From assembly GCA_050253415.1 (NCBI GenBank), contig JBFWJC010000013.1:1-20330 (forward strand): a DNA stretch of 20,330 nucleotides, in the 5' to 3' direction. Below are positions 1 through 8,000 of this stretch, piece by piece (the first letter of the stretch is position 1; each line of letters begins with the position of its first letter). The position numbers and the translations under genes are program-made. Under the pieces are notes generated by a model that was not told the origin of the DNA, made no database searches, and was given only the letters and a program-made list of their open reading frames with translations. The stretch comes from Pedobacter sp. (GTDB taxonomy: Bacteria > Desulfobacterota > Desulfuromonadia > Desulfuromonadales > Syntrophotaleaceae).

Positions 1-107
1 TGCGAATATTGCAGCTCAATTTATTTGAACGCCGAGATTTACACAGCCTATTTAAACCTCCAAGTGAAAGAAAAACATTACAAACCAATCAGTTACAGCT
101 CATTTAG

Positions 108-162
108 AACTATGAGACAGCAATGCAGTTAGCCCTTATCTGAAACTATGAGACAGCAGTGC
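108..162. repeat. Two 19-bp direct repeats (AACTATGAGACAGCA(A/G)TGC), 36-bp period
   Basis: aactatgagacagcaatgc at 108-126 and aactatgagacagcagtgc at 144-162, 1 mismatch. An IHF-like AACCAATCAGTTA lies at 83-95. Confidence 0.85.
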
Positions 163-228
163 GTTTACTCCACAAATGTTAGTTCGAATAAAATTGAAAA
201 AATAAATAAACTGACAGAAGAATTAATA

Positions 229-774
229 ATGAATCTACATGCGTGCATTAGTCTAGATATTGAAATCGAAAGTATTGAATTGATAAATAGTCATGCTTTG
301 AAAATTGTTGACGAAATTGCAAAGTATCCACTTTTAAAGGTTAGGGTATGCAGACTTTGGTCAAAGACATCAATGGAAGGTATAAATAATAGAGTAGGAT
401 TAGAAAACTACAAAAAAAACAGACTAATAACTGATAAATTTAAGCAGTCATCCGGGCAGTTGGGGCTATTTGGTGATGATGAAAATGATTTAGAAGCGAC
501 TAGTTATGATGAGGAGGATGGTATGGTAGAAACATGCAGCCTCAAATTAATCGCCAAACCATCGTCGAGCAATAATAGTGTGAAGATAGGATTTGTAAAT
601 GCAGTCAGTGGCCGGCCTGTGCATTTGGCCTGTCCCACGGCTTTCCGCCATAAACTTTGTCAATTCGCGAACATGTCTTTTAGCTCAGGAGCGCCACTGA
701 ATGTAGTCATTAAAAATGGCAAGATGGGCCAGATGGTTGCAGTAGACCTGGAAGGGGATGCGAAAAGTAAATAA
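229..774 (+). CDS. Hypothetical protein (181 aa from ATG 229; ORF open from 148)
   Basis: Long ORF in AT-rich DNA. ATG148 lies inside a direct repeat, so ATG229 is preferred. Contains QLGLF followed by an acidic patch. No recognisable family. Confidence 0.55.
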   Translation: MNLHACISLDIEIESIELINSHALKIVDEIAKYPLLKVRVCRLWSKTSMEGINNRVGLENYKKNRLITDKFKQSSGQLGLFGDDENDLEATSYDEEDGMVETCSLKLIAKPSSSNNSVKIGFVNAVSGRPVHLACPTAFRHKLCQFANMSFSSGAPLNVVIKNGKMGQMVAVDLEGDAKSK

Positions 775-1007
775 GTCGTGCCTCTACTGATCATAATGGA
801 TTCGCATTTTTGAAAAGATAGGAGTGGCGTTTATTCGCCCCTTAATTGAAGGGAATATGACGTTACCGCAGATTCAACTTGCAAGGTTTACGTTGTCTGT
901 CTATTTGTCATCGTCATGGGACAGGCGTGAATTGGAGAAAATACACAAGATTTACGTAAATTAAATTTTTTTCAGTTTAGTGTATGTGGATGATATTGAT
1001 AAAAACC

Positions 1008-2153
1008 TCAGGCCGCATTTAAATGACTGTCAGAAATAAAGATAAAACAATCGTTAACGCTTTCATCTTTTGGTAGTTTCTCGATAAAATTTTGAATGGT
1101 AGAAGGTTTTGACTTAATATTAGCCAGGTATTCATATTGGCTAATATATCCGTCTAGGACTTTGTCTCTTGATACAATTTTGTCCATTATTTCCAGCTCT
1201 AGGATTTCTTTTTGTGTAATGTTTTTATGTTTTTTGAATGGAGACATGTGTTTAAGCATGTATTTTATATTGTATGTCTTATTGTTATATCTGTTTTCTC
1301 TTAATTCATCTATCCAGTTTACCCCTAAATCGGTTTTGTTTGCAAAATCAAGCCAGTCAATTATTTGATATGTGGTTGCATGTTTTAGATATAATGGGTG
1401 CATTAACCTCTCTGGGTTGCCTTTTATTATCATCTTCTTTGCAATATTTGCGGTGGAGTTTTTCCAAAATTCGTAAGTGTTCTGCATTTCATCAACAGCA
1501 TGGTCAAATAAGCCAAGCTCTGCAGAGCACATTGCTTGTGCGAGAGCCGTAATTGTGAAATATTCTTCAATAAGAAAAAATTCAGGTGTACTTTTTATTT
1601 CATGTAATTGCATGCAATACTTTTGATTTATCTCTCCGACAGTATTTCTAGCCTCAAGAAGCAACTCTTCCCGAAGCTTGTTTTTGATTTTTTTATTAGC
1701 GTCTTCGATCATTTTTAACGCATTAAAAATTCTTGAGCTCTCTTTTAACGCTAGAAAATTTTTTATTTCGGTGACTTCCTTTTTAATTTCATTAATCCTT
1801 AAGTTGAAATTTTTAAGTTTTTGGTTAAGAAAAATGAAGCCTATGGCGCTAACTCCCAAGGTTAACCCAGAAAGTATCATGGTTCCTTTTGCTAGAGTTA
1901 TTAACTGCTCAACGTTGGCACTTATGCGGCTTAGTTGGTAAGTGTTGATACCATTTAGTACTGTATTGAATGGAGAGGATACTGCAGTTGCTATGTTGAG
2001 AGGATTTGCCGCATTGGCCAAATGTGCAACTATGCGCCCTGAGTTATCTCGAACAACGCCACCATATATCTTGTAGGCTCCTGTCACGATACCTGCAAAA
2101 GTATTGTCAGGTATGGATCTCTTGAGAGTAAAGCCAGCTAACTCGGTAAGCAT
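1008..2153 (-). CDS. Hypothetical membrane-anchored, coiled-coil/helical protein (381 aa)
   Basis: Long AT-rich ORF with GGGAGG RBS upstream. N-terminal GGVVRD motif, hydrophobic helix MILSGLTLGVSAIGFIFL, then a coiled-coil-like segment (QKLKNFNLRINEIKKEVTEIK). Confidence 0.8.
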   Translation of the reverse strand: MLTELAGFTLKRSIPDNTFAGIVTGAYKIYGGVVRDNSGRIVAHLANAANPLNIATAVSSPFNTVLNGINTYQLSRISANVEQLITLAKGTMILSGLTLGVSAIGFIFLNQKLKNFNLRINEIKKEVTEIKNFLALKESSRIFNALKMIEDANKKIKNKLREELLLEARNTVGEINQKYCMQLHEIKSTPEFFLIEEYFTITALAQAMCSAELGLFDHAVDEMQNTYEFWKNSTANIAKKMIIKGNPERLMHPLYLKHATTYQIIDWLDFANKTDLGVNWIDELRENRYNNKTYNIKYMLKHMSPFKKHKNITQKEILELEIMDKIVSRDKVLDGYISQYEYLANIKSKPSTIQNFIEKLPKDESVNDCFIFISDSHLNAA

Positions 2154-2478
2154 AACAGTTGCCTCCCTTAACTGCTGTATTATTGAAATATATTGGAATT
2201 GTATGAGGTCTAAAATTAATAGATATTTTCATTTTATTGCATTTCATAGTATAACCACAAAAAATAAAGAAGAAACTATCTCTGTTTTTTTACAAAGAAT
2301 TTTTCTTCTTTATGGGTAATGAGCAATCTGTTTCGGATTAATTTTATGAAACATGGAATTCGTGGCTAATTGCTTTGGTGTGCAAAAACAGCAATATCCC
2401 AAGAAGATTAGCTGCTTTCCTGTCGTAATCGAGAACTGTCTTAGCTCCGGCCTTGGCTGGAAAGGCGGGGGGAAAACG

Positions 2479-2805
2479 ATGGACCTGAAGACCGCAAATG
2501 ACATATTCACCAGCATTCGAGAAACCAGCCTGACATCCCTAAAAGACGAGCTGATTGCCAAAGCGGTCCGCTATGCCCGCATACGGACGGACTGGTATTT
2601 TATGAGTATGGAAGAGCGCCGCAACATCGATCCGGCGCGCACCCTCGCGCACGATTCTTTTATCTCCAGCTGTAACATTCTAAGCCGGAACATGGCCAAG
2701 GCGGGCGAGGATAACAGTTGGCGCGCGGCGTTGGGGGATGACCGCAAGGTCATCGGGGATTTTGCCTGCCATCTGCACGCCATTCTGGGGATTCTCTCCC
2801 GATAA
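2479..2805 (+). CDS. DUF3232-like small helical protein (108 aa)
   Basis: ATG2479 follows a G-rich RBS. Motifs RTLAHDSFISSCNILSR and DRKVIGDFAC resemble DUF3232 members as I recall them; family not verified by search. Confidence 0.65.
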   Translation: MDLKTANDIFTSIRETSLTSLKDELIAKAVRYARIRTDWYFMSMEERRNIDPARTLAHDSFISSCNILSRNMAKAGEDNSWRAALGDDRKVIGDFACHLHAILGILSR

Positions 2806-2841
2806 GATGCCTGCCCTTGCGCCCTATTCATCCCCGTGAGG

Positions 2842-3284
2842 CTAGTGGGTACAAAATCCCAGGGCATTTCCCGCCTCTTCTTTCAGCGACGATTCCTGCA
2901 GGATCATTTCGGCCACGTCTGCGGCTGAACCACCCAGTCCGAGCAGATCGGCTTTCTTTTTGGCGAGGGCAAAATCCCCCGGCGTCAGGTTGCGGCAGCG
3001 AAGCAGCCTTTCGGGGGGCTGCTCAGTGAAAAAGTGCTCAAAGGCCATGGCAATACGCACCATATCCAGGTAGCCGAATTTCACCTTGAAGAGAAAGCGC
3101 CGCAGGCTCGCCTGATCCAGGTGAGACATCAGGTTGGTGGTGCAGGCGAAGGGGAGGGGATGACTCTCCATCCAGGTGAGCATCTCGTTGACCTGGCTTA
3201 CCTCCCAGGGGTGGTGGGCGTTTCTGCGGTCGGCGAGCAAGGAGTCGGCCTCGTCGAAGATCAGAAAGAGTCCTTCTTCGCGAG
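2842..3284 (-). pseudogene. 5'-truncated AAA+ ATPase (C-terminal part only)
   Basis: The frame reads REEGLFLIFDEADSLL (Walker B), FACTTN (sensor 1) and LDQASLRRF (Arg finger), and ends ..ALGF. There is no Walker A or start: the frame runs into the duplicated repeat at 3285 and an in-frame TGA. Confidence 0.85.
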
Positions 3285-3339
3285 GCGATTCAAAAAGGTG
3301 TCAGCGATTCAAAAAGGTGTCAGGGCTACACATTTGACA
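3285..3339. repeat. Left end: 19-bp tandem duplication plus 25-bp IR
   Basis: gcgattcaaaaaggtgtca at 3285-3303 and 3304-3322. The IR at 3315-3339 has an internal TGTCA..TGACA dyad. Confidence 0.9.
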
Positions 3340-3361
3340 GGCCTCCCCTCCTTGATAGGCT
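3334..3361 (+). promoter_or_regulatory. Putative sigma70 promoter of the transposase, with -35 inside the left IR
   Basis: TTGACA (3334-3339), 16 bp, TAGGCT (3356-3361) with an extended TG. RBS GGAGGAGG precedes ATG3398. Confidence 0.55.
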
Positions 3362-3397
3362 GGAGAGCATTAACATCCGCTATCGAAGGAGGAGGTC

Positions 3398-4345
3398 ATG
3401 GGAAGACAGCTCAGGATCGAATACCCCGGCGCTTTCTATCATGTCACGGCAAGGGGCAACGAGAGGAAAGATATTTATAAAAGCGAAAAAGACCGCGAGA
3501 AATTTCTATCGTACCTGGAGTCGGCGGTCGTCCGCTACGGCTCGGCGATTCATGCCTACTGCCTGATGAACAACCATTACCACCTGGTGGTGGAGACGCC
3601 GCACGGCAACCTGTCGCAGGTGATGCAGCACATAAACGGTGCCTATACCAACTACTTCAATGCCAAGCGCAAAAGGTCCGGACACCTTTTTCAGGGAAGA
3701 TACACAGCCATACTGGTAGAGGCAGACACCTACGCCCAGGAGCTCTCCCGTTACGTCCACCTGAATCCGACAAGGGTTGGCATCGGGGCTATGCCGGAGG
3801 ACTATCGATGGTCGAGCTATCGCGACTATGTGGGGCTGAGGGACGCGCCCAGCTGGCTGGCCACGACATTCATCCTCGGCTTGTTCGGCACCACGCGTGA
3901 AGCCGCACAGACGAGCTACAGGCAATTCGTGGAAGATGCCTGCGGCATGGATCTCGAAAGCCCCCTTGCCGGGGCCGTCGCCGCAACCATTCTGGGATGC
4001 CGGGAGTTCGTCGCAGAGATTCAGGGTCGGCATGTCGATGTCAGCACCTCTGACCGCAACCTTCCGGCCGTAAGACAACTCGCCAACCGGCCCGCCATTG
4101 ACCAGATCATCGATGCGGCCCGGGAGGCGTTGGGAGAAAAAGAGCGGCTGGCGGCAAAGGCCGCCATGTACCTGTGTCATCGATACAGCGGGGCAAAGCT
4201 CAGGGACATCGGGGAGCGCTTCGGGGTGAAGGAGTCGGCCTTATCCCAGGCGAGCCGGAGATTCGAGATGGCGCTGGGCAGGGATGAGCAACTGCAGAAG
4301 AGGATGAAAAAGCTGATGAAGGAGTTGGGTTTGTCAGATGTGTAG
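3398..4345 (+). CDS. REP-associated-type tyrosine transposase (Y1_Tnp/IS200-like HUH) with C-terminal DnaA-C-like HTH
   Basis: YHVTARGN, AYCLMNNHYH (HUH), GHLFQGRY, RYVHLNP (catalytic Tyr), YRWSSY. C-terminal AMYLCHRYSGAKLRDIGERFG helix-turn-helix. Confidence 0.92.
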   Translation: MGRQLRIEYPGAFYHVTARGNERKDIYKSEKDREKFLSYLESAVVRYGSAIHAYCLMNNHYHLVVETPHGNLSQVMQHINGAYTNYFNAKRKRSGHLFQGRYTAILVEADTYAQELSRYVHLNPTRVGIGAMPEDYRWSSYRDYVGLRDAPSWLATTFILGLFGTTREAAQTSYRQFVEDACGMDLESPLAGAVAATILGCREFVAEIQGRHVDVSTSDRNLPAVRQLANRPAIDQIIDAAREALGEKERLAAKAAMYLCHRYSGAKLRDIGERFGVKESALSQASRRFEMALGRDEQLQKRMKKLMKELGLSDV

Positions 4346-4366
4346 CTCTGACACCTATGACACCTA
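4332..4366. repeat. Right end: 25-bp IR overlapping the stop codon plus 9-bp tandem duplication
   Basis: TGTCAGA-tgtgtagc-TCTGACA hairpin (4332-4353). tgacaccta occurs at 4349-4357 and 4358-4366. Confidence 0.9.
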
Positions 4367-4409
4367 CTACTGAGTAAAATTAAGTATTCATTGTGTGGAG
4401 TGTATTAAA

Positions 4410-4979
4410 ATGAAAAAAAAATATAATATCAAAAATAGAGAAGAATCATTTCGGGCTGCTGCAAGAAAGAATGAAAAATTTATTATCAATCTATTTTTAT
4501 TGTATTTTGTTTTTTCGATATTAATTTATTGGACTAATTTAGGTAATACTGAAGCAGGAAAGATTCTTTCTGGTATTGTTTCAGATATTATACCATCAAT
4601 ATCTCCAACTGCAAATATATCATATGATTATGGGTCGGTAAAATTGATACTTTCTATTGCATGGTTGTATATTTTGCCAGCTTATATTTTAATTATGAAA
4701 AGAATACCATGGAGGATAATTGATTGGAATAAAATAAAAAGCCCATACAAGCTAATGATATTCTCTTCTGTAGCATTTGTAGGGGGGGGGTATGGGTTTG
4801 CAACGTCACATCCAACAGAAAAAAGCGTACATTTTGCGGGCATAATTTTTAAATCTATAAAAGCAAATGCTTTATTGTCATCCATTTGGGGCTTTGTAAT
4901 TTCTTTGTTTTTAATTTTAACAGCAGTATGTATGACTTGTGGTTTGTTGGCAATTCTAAAGTCAAAGCGAATTAATTAA
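4410..4979 (+). CDS. Four-TM membrane protein, putative immunity protein (189 aa)
   Basis: GGAG at 4397-4400 precedes ATG4410. Four hydrophobic segments (FIINLFLLYFVFSILIYW; LILSIAWLYILPAYILIM; LMIFSSVAFVGGGYGFA; LLSSIWGFVISLFLILTAVCMTCGLLAIL). Very AT-rich, 32 bp upstream of the RTX gene. The immunity role is inferred. Confidence 0.8.
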   Translation: MKKKYNIKNREESFRAAARKNEKFIINLFLLYFVFSILIYWTNLGNTEAGKILSGIVSDIIPSISPTANISYDYGSVKLILSIAWLYILPAYILIMKRIPWRIIDWNKIKSPYKLMIFSSVAFVGGGYGFATSHPTEKSVHFAGIIFKSIKANALLSSIWGFVISLFLILTAVCMTCGLLAILKSKRIN

Positions 4980-5011
4980 ATAATAAAAGATATATATAAG
5001 GAGAATTTGTT

Positions 5012-8000
5012 ATGTCTGAAACAACAAGCATCGTTATAAACTCAGATGAAAATCCAACTCCTAATCAAGTAACAATTGAGTCATTTATTCAGGAAGCTAT
5101 ACTTTATGGAGCTACATTTACGTCTGAAATCTTTGCTAAAATATACGAAGGAGCAATTCAAGTAGAGAATCGTGCAACTGTAATTGCAGATGCATTCATG
5201 AAAGATTGTTTGAGATGTGCAGAGAAAGCAAAACTCTACGAAGAAGCAGCGATAAAAAACTTGGACAATAGCAGTGCAAAGCTTTTTAAAAATCTTGCTG
5301 ATTTTTATGATAGTAAAGCTGCCGAGCGTTTTGCAGTCTCTGCAGAAGAATATTTGCGAGCTAATGCAGCTGCATCAAAAGCGGCATTGAGTTCTGTTGG
5401 TGAAATAGCCGGTCCCCTATTTGACGCAGCTTCAATGGTAAAGGGCTGGTGGACAGCATTTGAAGATGGTAATTATGATGAGCTTGGCTCGGCAAGTTCT
5501 GGTGTAGTTGGCTCAGCAGTAGGGGTATTTTTAGGGTCCTATCTTGTTAGTGGATTGGTTTCACTCGGACTTTTAACTGCTGGCGTTGGTTTGTTACCAG
5601 GCGTAATTATTGGTATTGCTGCCGTCGGCTTTGGGTACCTTTTTTCCGATGTTATCTGGCCGGAAGTGTCTGACTTATTTAATGTTTCCCAAACCACGGT
5701 TCAACGCCGCGACCCCCTGACCCTTGACCTCGACGGCGACGGTCTCGAAACGGTCGGCATCGATACCGCCAACCCCATCCTCTTCGACCACGACGGTGAT
5801 GGCATCAAGACCGCCACGGGCTGGATCAAGCCCGACGACGGCTTTCTGGTGCTTGACCGCAACGGCAATGGCACCATCGACAACGGCGCTGAACTCTTCG
5901 GTGATTCCACTCCGCTCTTTGATGCGGAAGGAATCCCCGTCGGCCACGCGGAAGATGGTTTCGCCGCCCTGGCACAGGAAGACACCAACGGCGATGGCGT
6001 CGTTGACGCGCAGGACGCCAACTGGGCAGATCTGCGTGTCTGGCGCGACCTCAACAGCGATGGCGTAAGCCAGGCCGAAGAACTCCACACCCTGGAAGAG
6101 GCCGGTATCGCCGCCATCCACGTCGACAAGACCGAGAACTCCCAACCGCTGGCGAACGGCAACCTGATTGCCGATCTGGGCAGCTTTGTGCGCACGGACG
6201 GTAGCGAGAGCGACCTTGGCGCCGTCACCGCCGAGATGGGTGACATCGATCTGGCGGAAAACACGTTTTACAACGAATTCACCGATTCCATTCCCCTTAC
6301 CGAAGAAGCCCAGACCCTGCCTGACATGAACGGCTCCGGCCAGGTGCGCACCCTGCGTGAAGCGGCCAGCCTGAGTCCTGAACTGGCCGCCCTGCTCACT
6401 CAATATGCCCAAGCCGATACCCGCGCCGGACAACTGGCGCTGCTCGACCAGGTTCTCGCTGCCTGGGGTGAAACATCCGCCTTGGCTGTTACCGGCGACG
6501 GAGCCTACGGCGGCGTGCCGACTACCGTGGCCATTGCCGGCTATAGCCCCGGCAGCGCCGGCTACGATGCCTGGATGACCCGTCTGCAGACCCTTGAGCG
6601 CTTCAACGGCCGTCCTTTCGCGAGCCCGGCGGATGGGGCGGAAAGTGTCTTCATCAATCTCTTCGCTGCGCGCAAGCAGTTTCTTGACCAGGCCTGGGAT
6701 GCCTTGCGCCAGTCCGTCTACGACGGTCTGCTGCTGCAGACGCGTCTCAAGCCCTATCTGGACGCCATCAGCCTGACCGTTAACGACACCGGTCTGCTCC
6801 TTGATTTCACCGCCACCGCCACAGCGTTCCAGGATCGCTATGCCATCGCCCCCGGCGAAGCGGTGCGCGATCTGCTCGACTTGCAACGTATTTCAGGCAC
6901 CGACCTGAACGGCATGGGCTGGGACGGCTACAGCCAGCTGCGAGGGTGGCTGGAAGAAGCGGCAACCGGCAATGATCCGCTGCTCAGCGCCTCTCTGATA
7001 GCCGCCCTGGGTGACTTTGGTTATCCCGGACTGCGAACTGACGGAGACGGCACGACCTCGAACGAGGCGGTGATCGGTGATAACGCCGGAGCGGTCCTTA
7101 ACGGTGGCGGAGGCAACGACCTGTTATTGGGTGGTGAAGGCGACGACACTCTGAGCGGAGGCATTGGCAGCGACATCCTGTATGGCGGCGCCGGTAACGA
7201 CACCTACCGTTTCAATCCGGGTGATGGGGCGGATACGATCATAGAAACGCAGGGCGACACCGGCAGCGACACCCTCGAATTCGGCGCCGGCATCCTGGCC
7301 GGGGACATCAGCATCCTCGTCGATGAAGACAGACTGGTTTTCGCGCATAGCAACGGCCGCGATCGCATTTCCGTTGCCAACTGGTTTCTGAGCCTCGCGG
7401 AAAGCTCCCACCGGCTCGACACGGTGCGCTTTGCCGATGGCAGCAGTTTTGATCTGAATGCGCTTCACATCGGTACGGGCGATGCCGACACGCTGGCGGG
7501 CACCGATTCAAACGACATCCTTCTCGGTAATGCCGGAGACGACACCCTCAGTGGTGGGGAAGGCAACGACTGGTTGGACGGCGGCAGCGGCGCCGACCTG
7601 ATGACGGGTGGCAACGGGGACGACCTTTACGTGGTGGATTCCGGCGCCGACATTGTCAGCGAAGAGGTTGATGGCGGCACGGACACCGTTGACAGCAAGA
7701 TCACCTACACCCTTGGCGAAAACCTGGAAAATCTTCGCCTGGTGGGGACGGCCAATATCAATGGCGCCGGCAACGAACTGGACAACATGATCGCCGGCAA
7801 CAGCGGCAGCAATGTGCTGCAGGGGATGGACGGCAACGATGTCCTCAGCGGCAACGCGGGCAACGACGTTCTGCTGGGCGGCGCTGGCGACGATATTCTG
7901 GACGGTGGCACCGGCAACGATACCCTGGACGGTGGGACCGGGGACGATGCCATGACGGGTGGTGCCGGCAACGACACCTACCTGGTGGACAGCATTGGCG

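Larger units (their letters stand above)
3285..4366 (+). mobile_element. RAYT-like HUH (Y1) transposase element bounded by inverted repeats
   Basis: Left IR 3315-3339 aggtgtcagggctacacatttgaca and right IR 4332-4356 tgtcagatgtgtagctctgacacct match 23/25 as reverse complements. Both tips carry tandem duplications. Confidence 0.75.

Noticed and set aside
108..162. Possible CRISPR mini-array
   Set aside because: Only two short repeats with a 17-bp spacer and no cas genes.
857..964. 35-codon ORF MTLPQIQLARF...
   Set aside because: Short, weak RBS and no supporting features.
2353..2478. N-terminal extension of the 150-aa ORF
   Set aside because: Lies largely in lower-GC upstream DNA. The RBS and conserved-looking sequence begin at ATG2479.
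2842..3284. The ATPase fragment as the missing T1SS ABC transporter
   Set aside because: The motifs are AAA+ (DEAD-type Walker B, TTN sensor 1, RRF), with no LSGGQ signature.
3034..4180. ORFs 3034-3480 (+) and 3506-4180 (-)
   Set aside because: They overlap the better-supported ATPase remnant and transposase and have no recognisable features.
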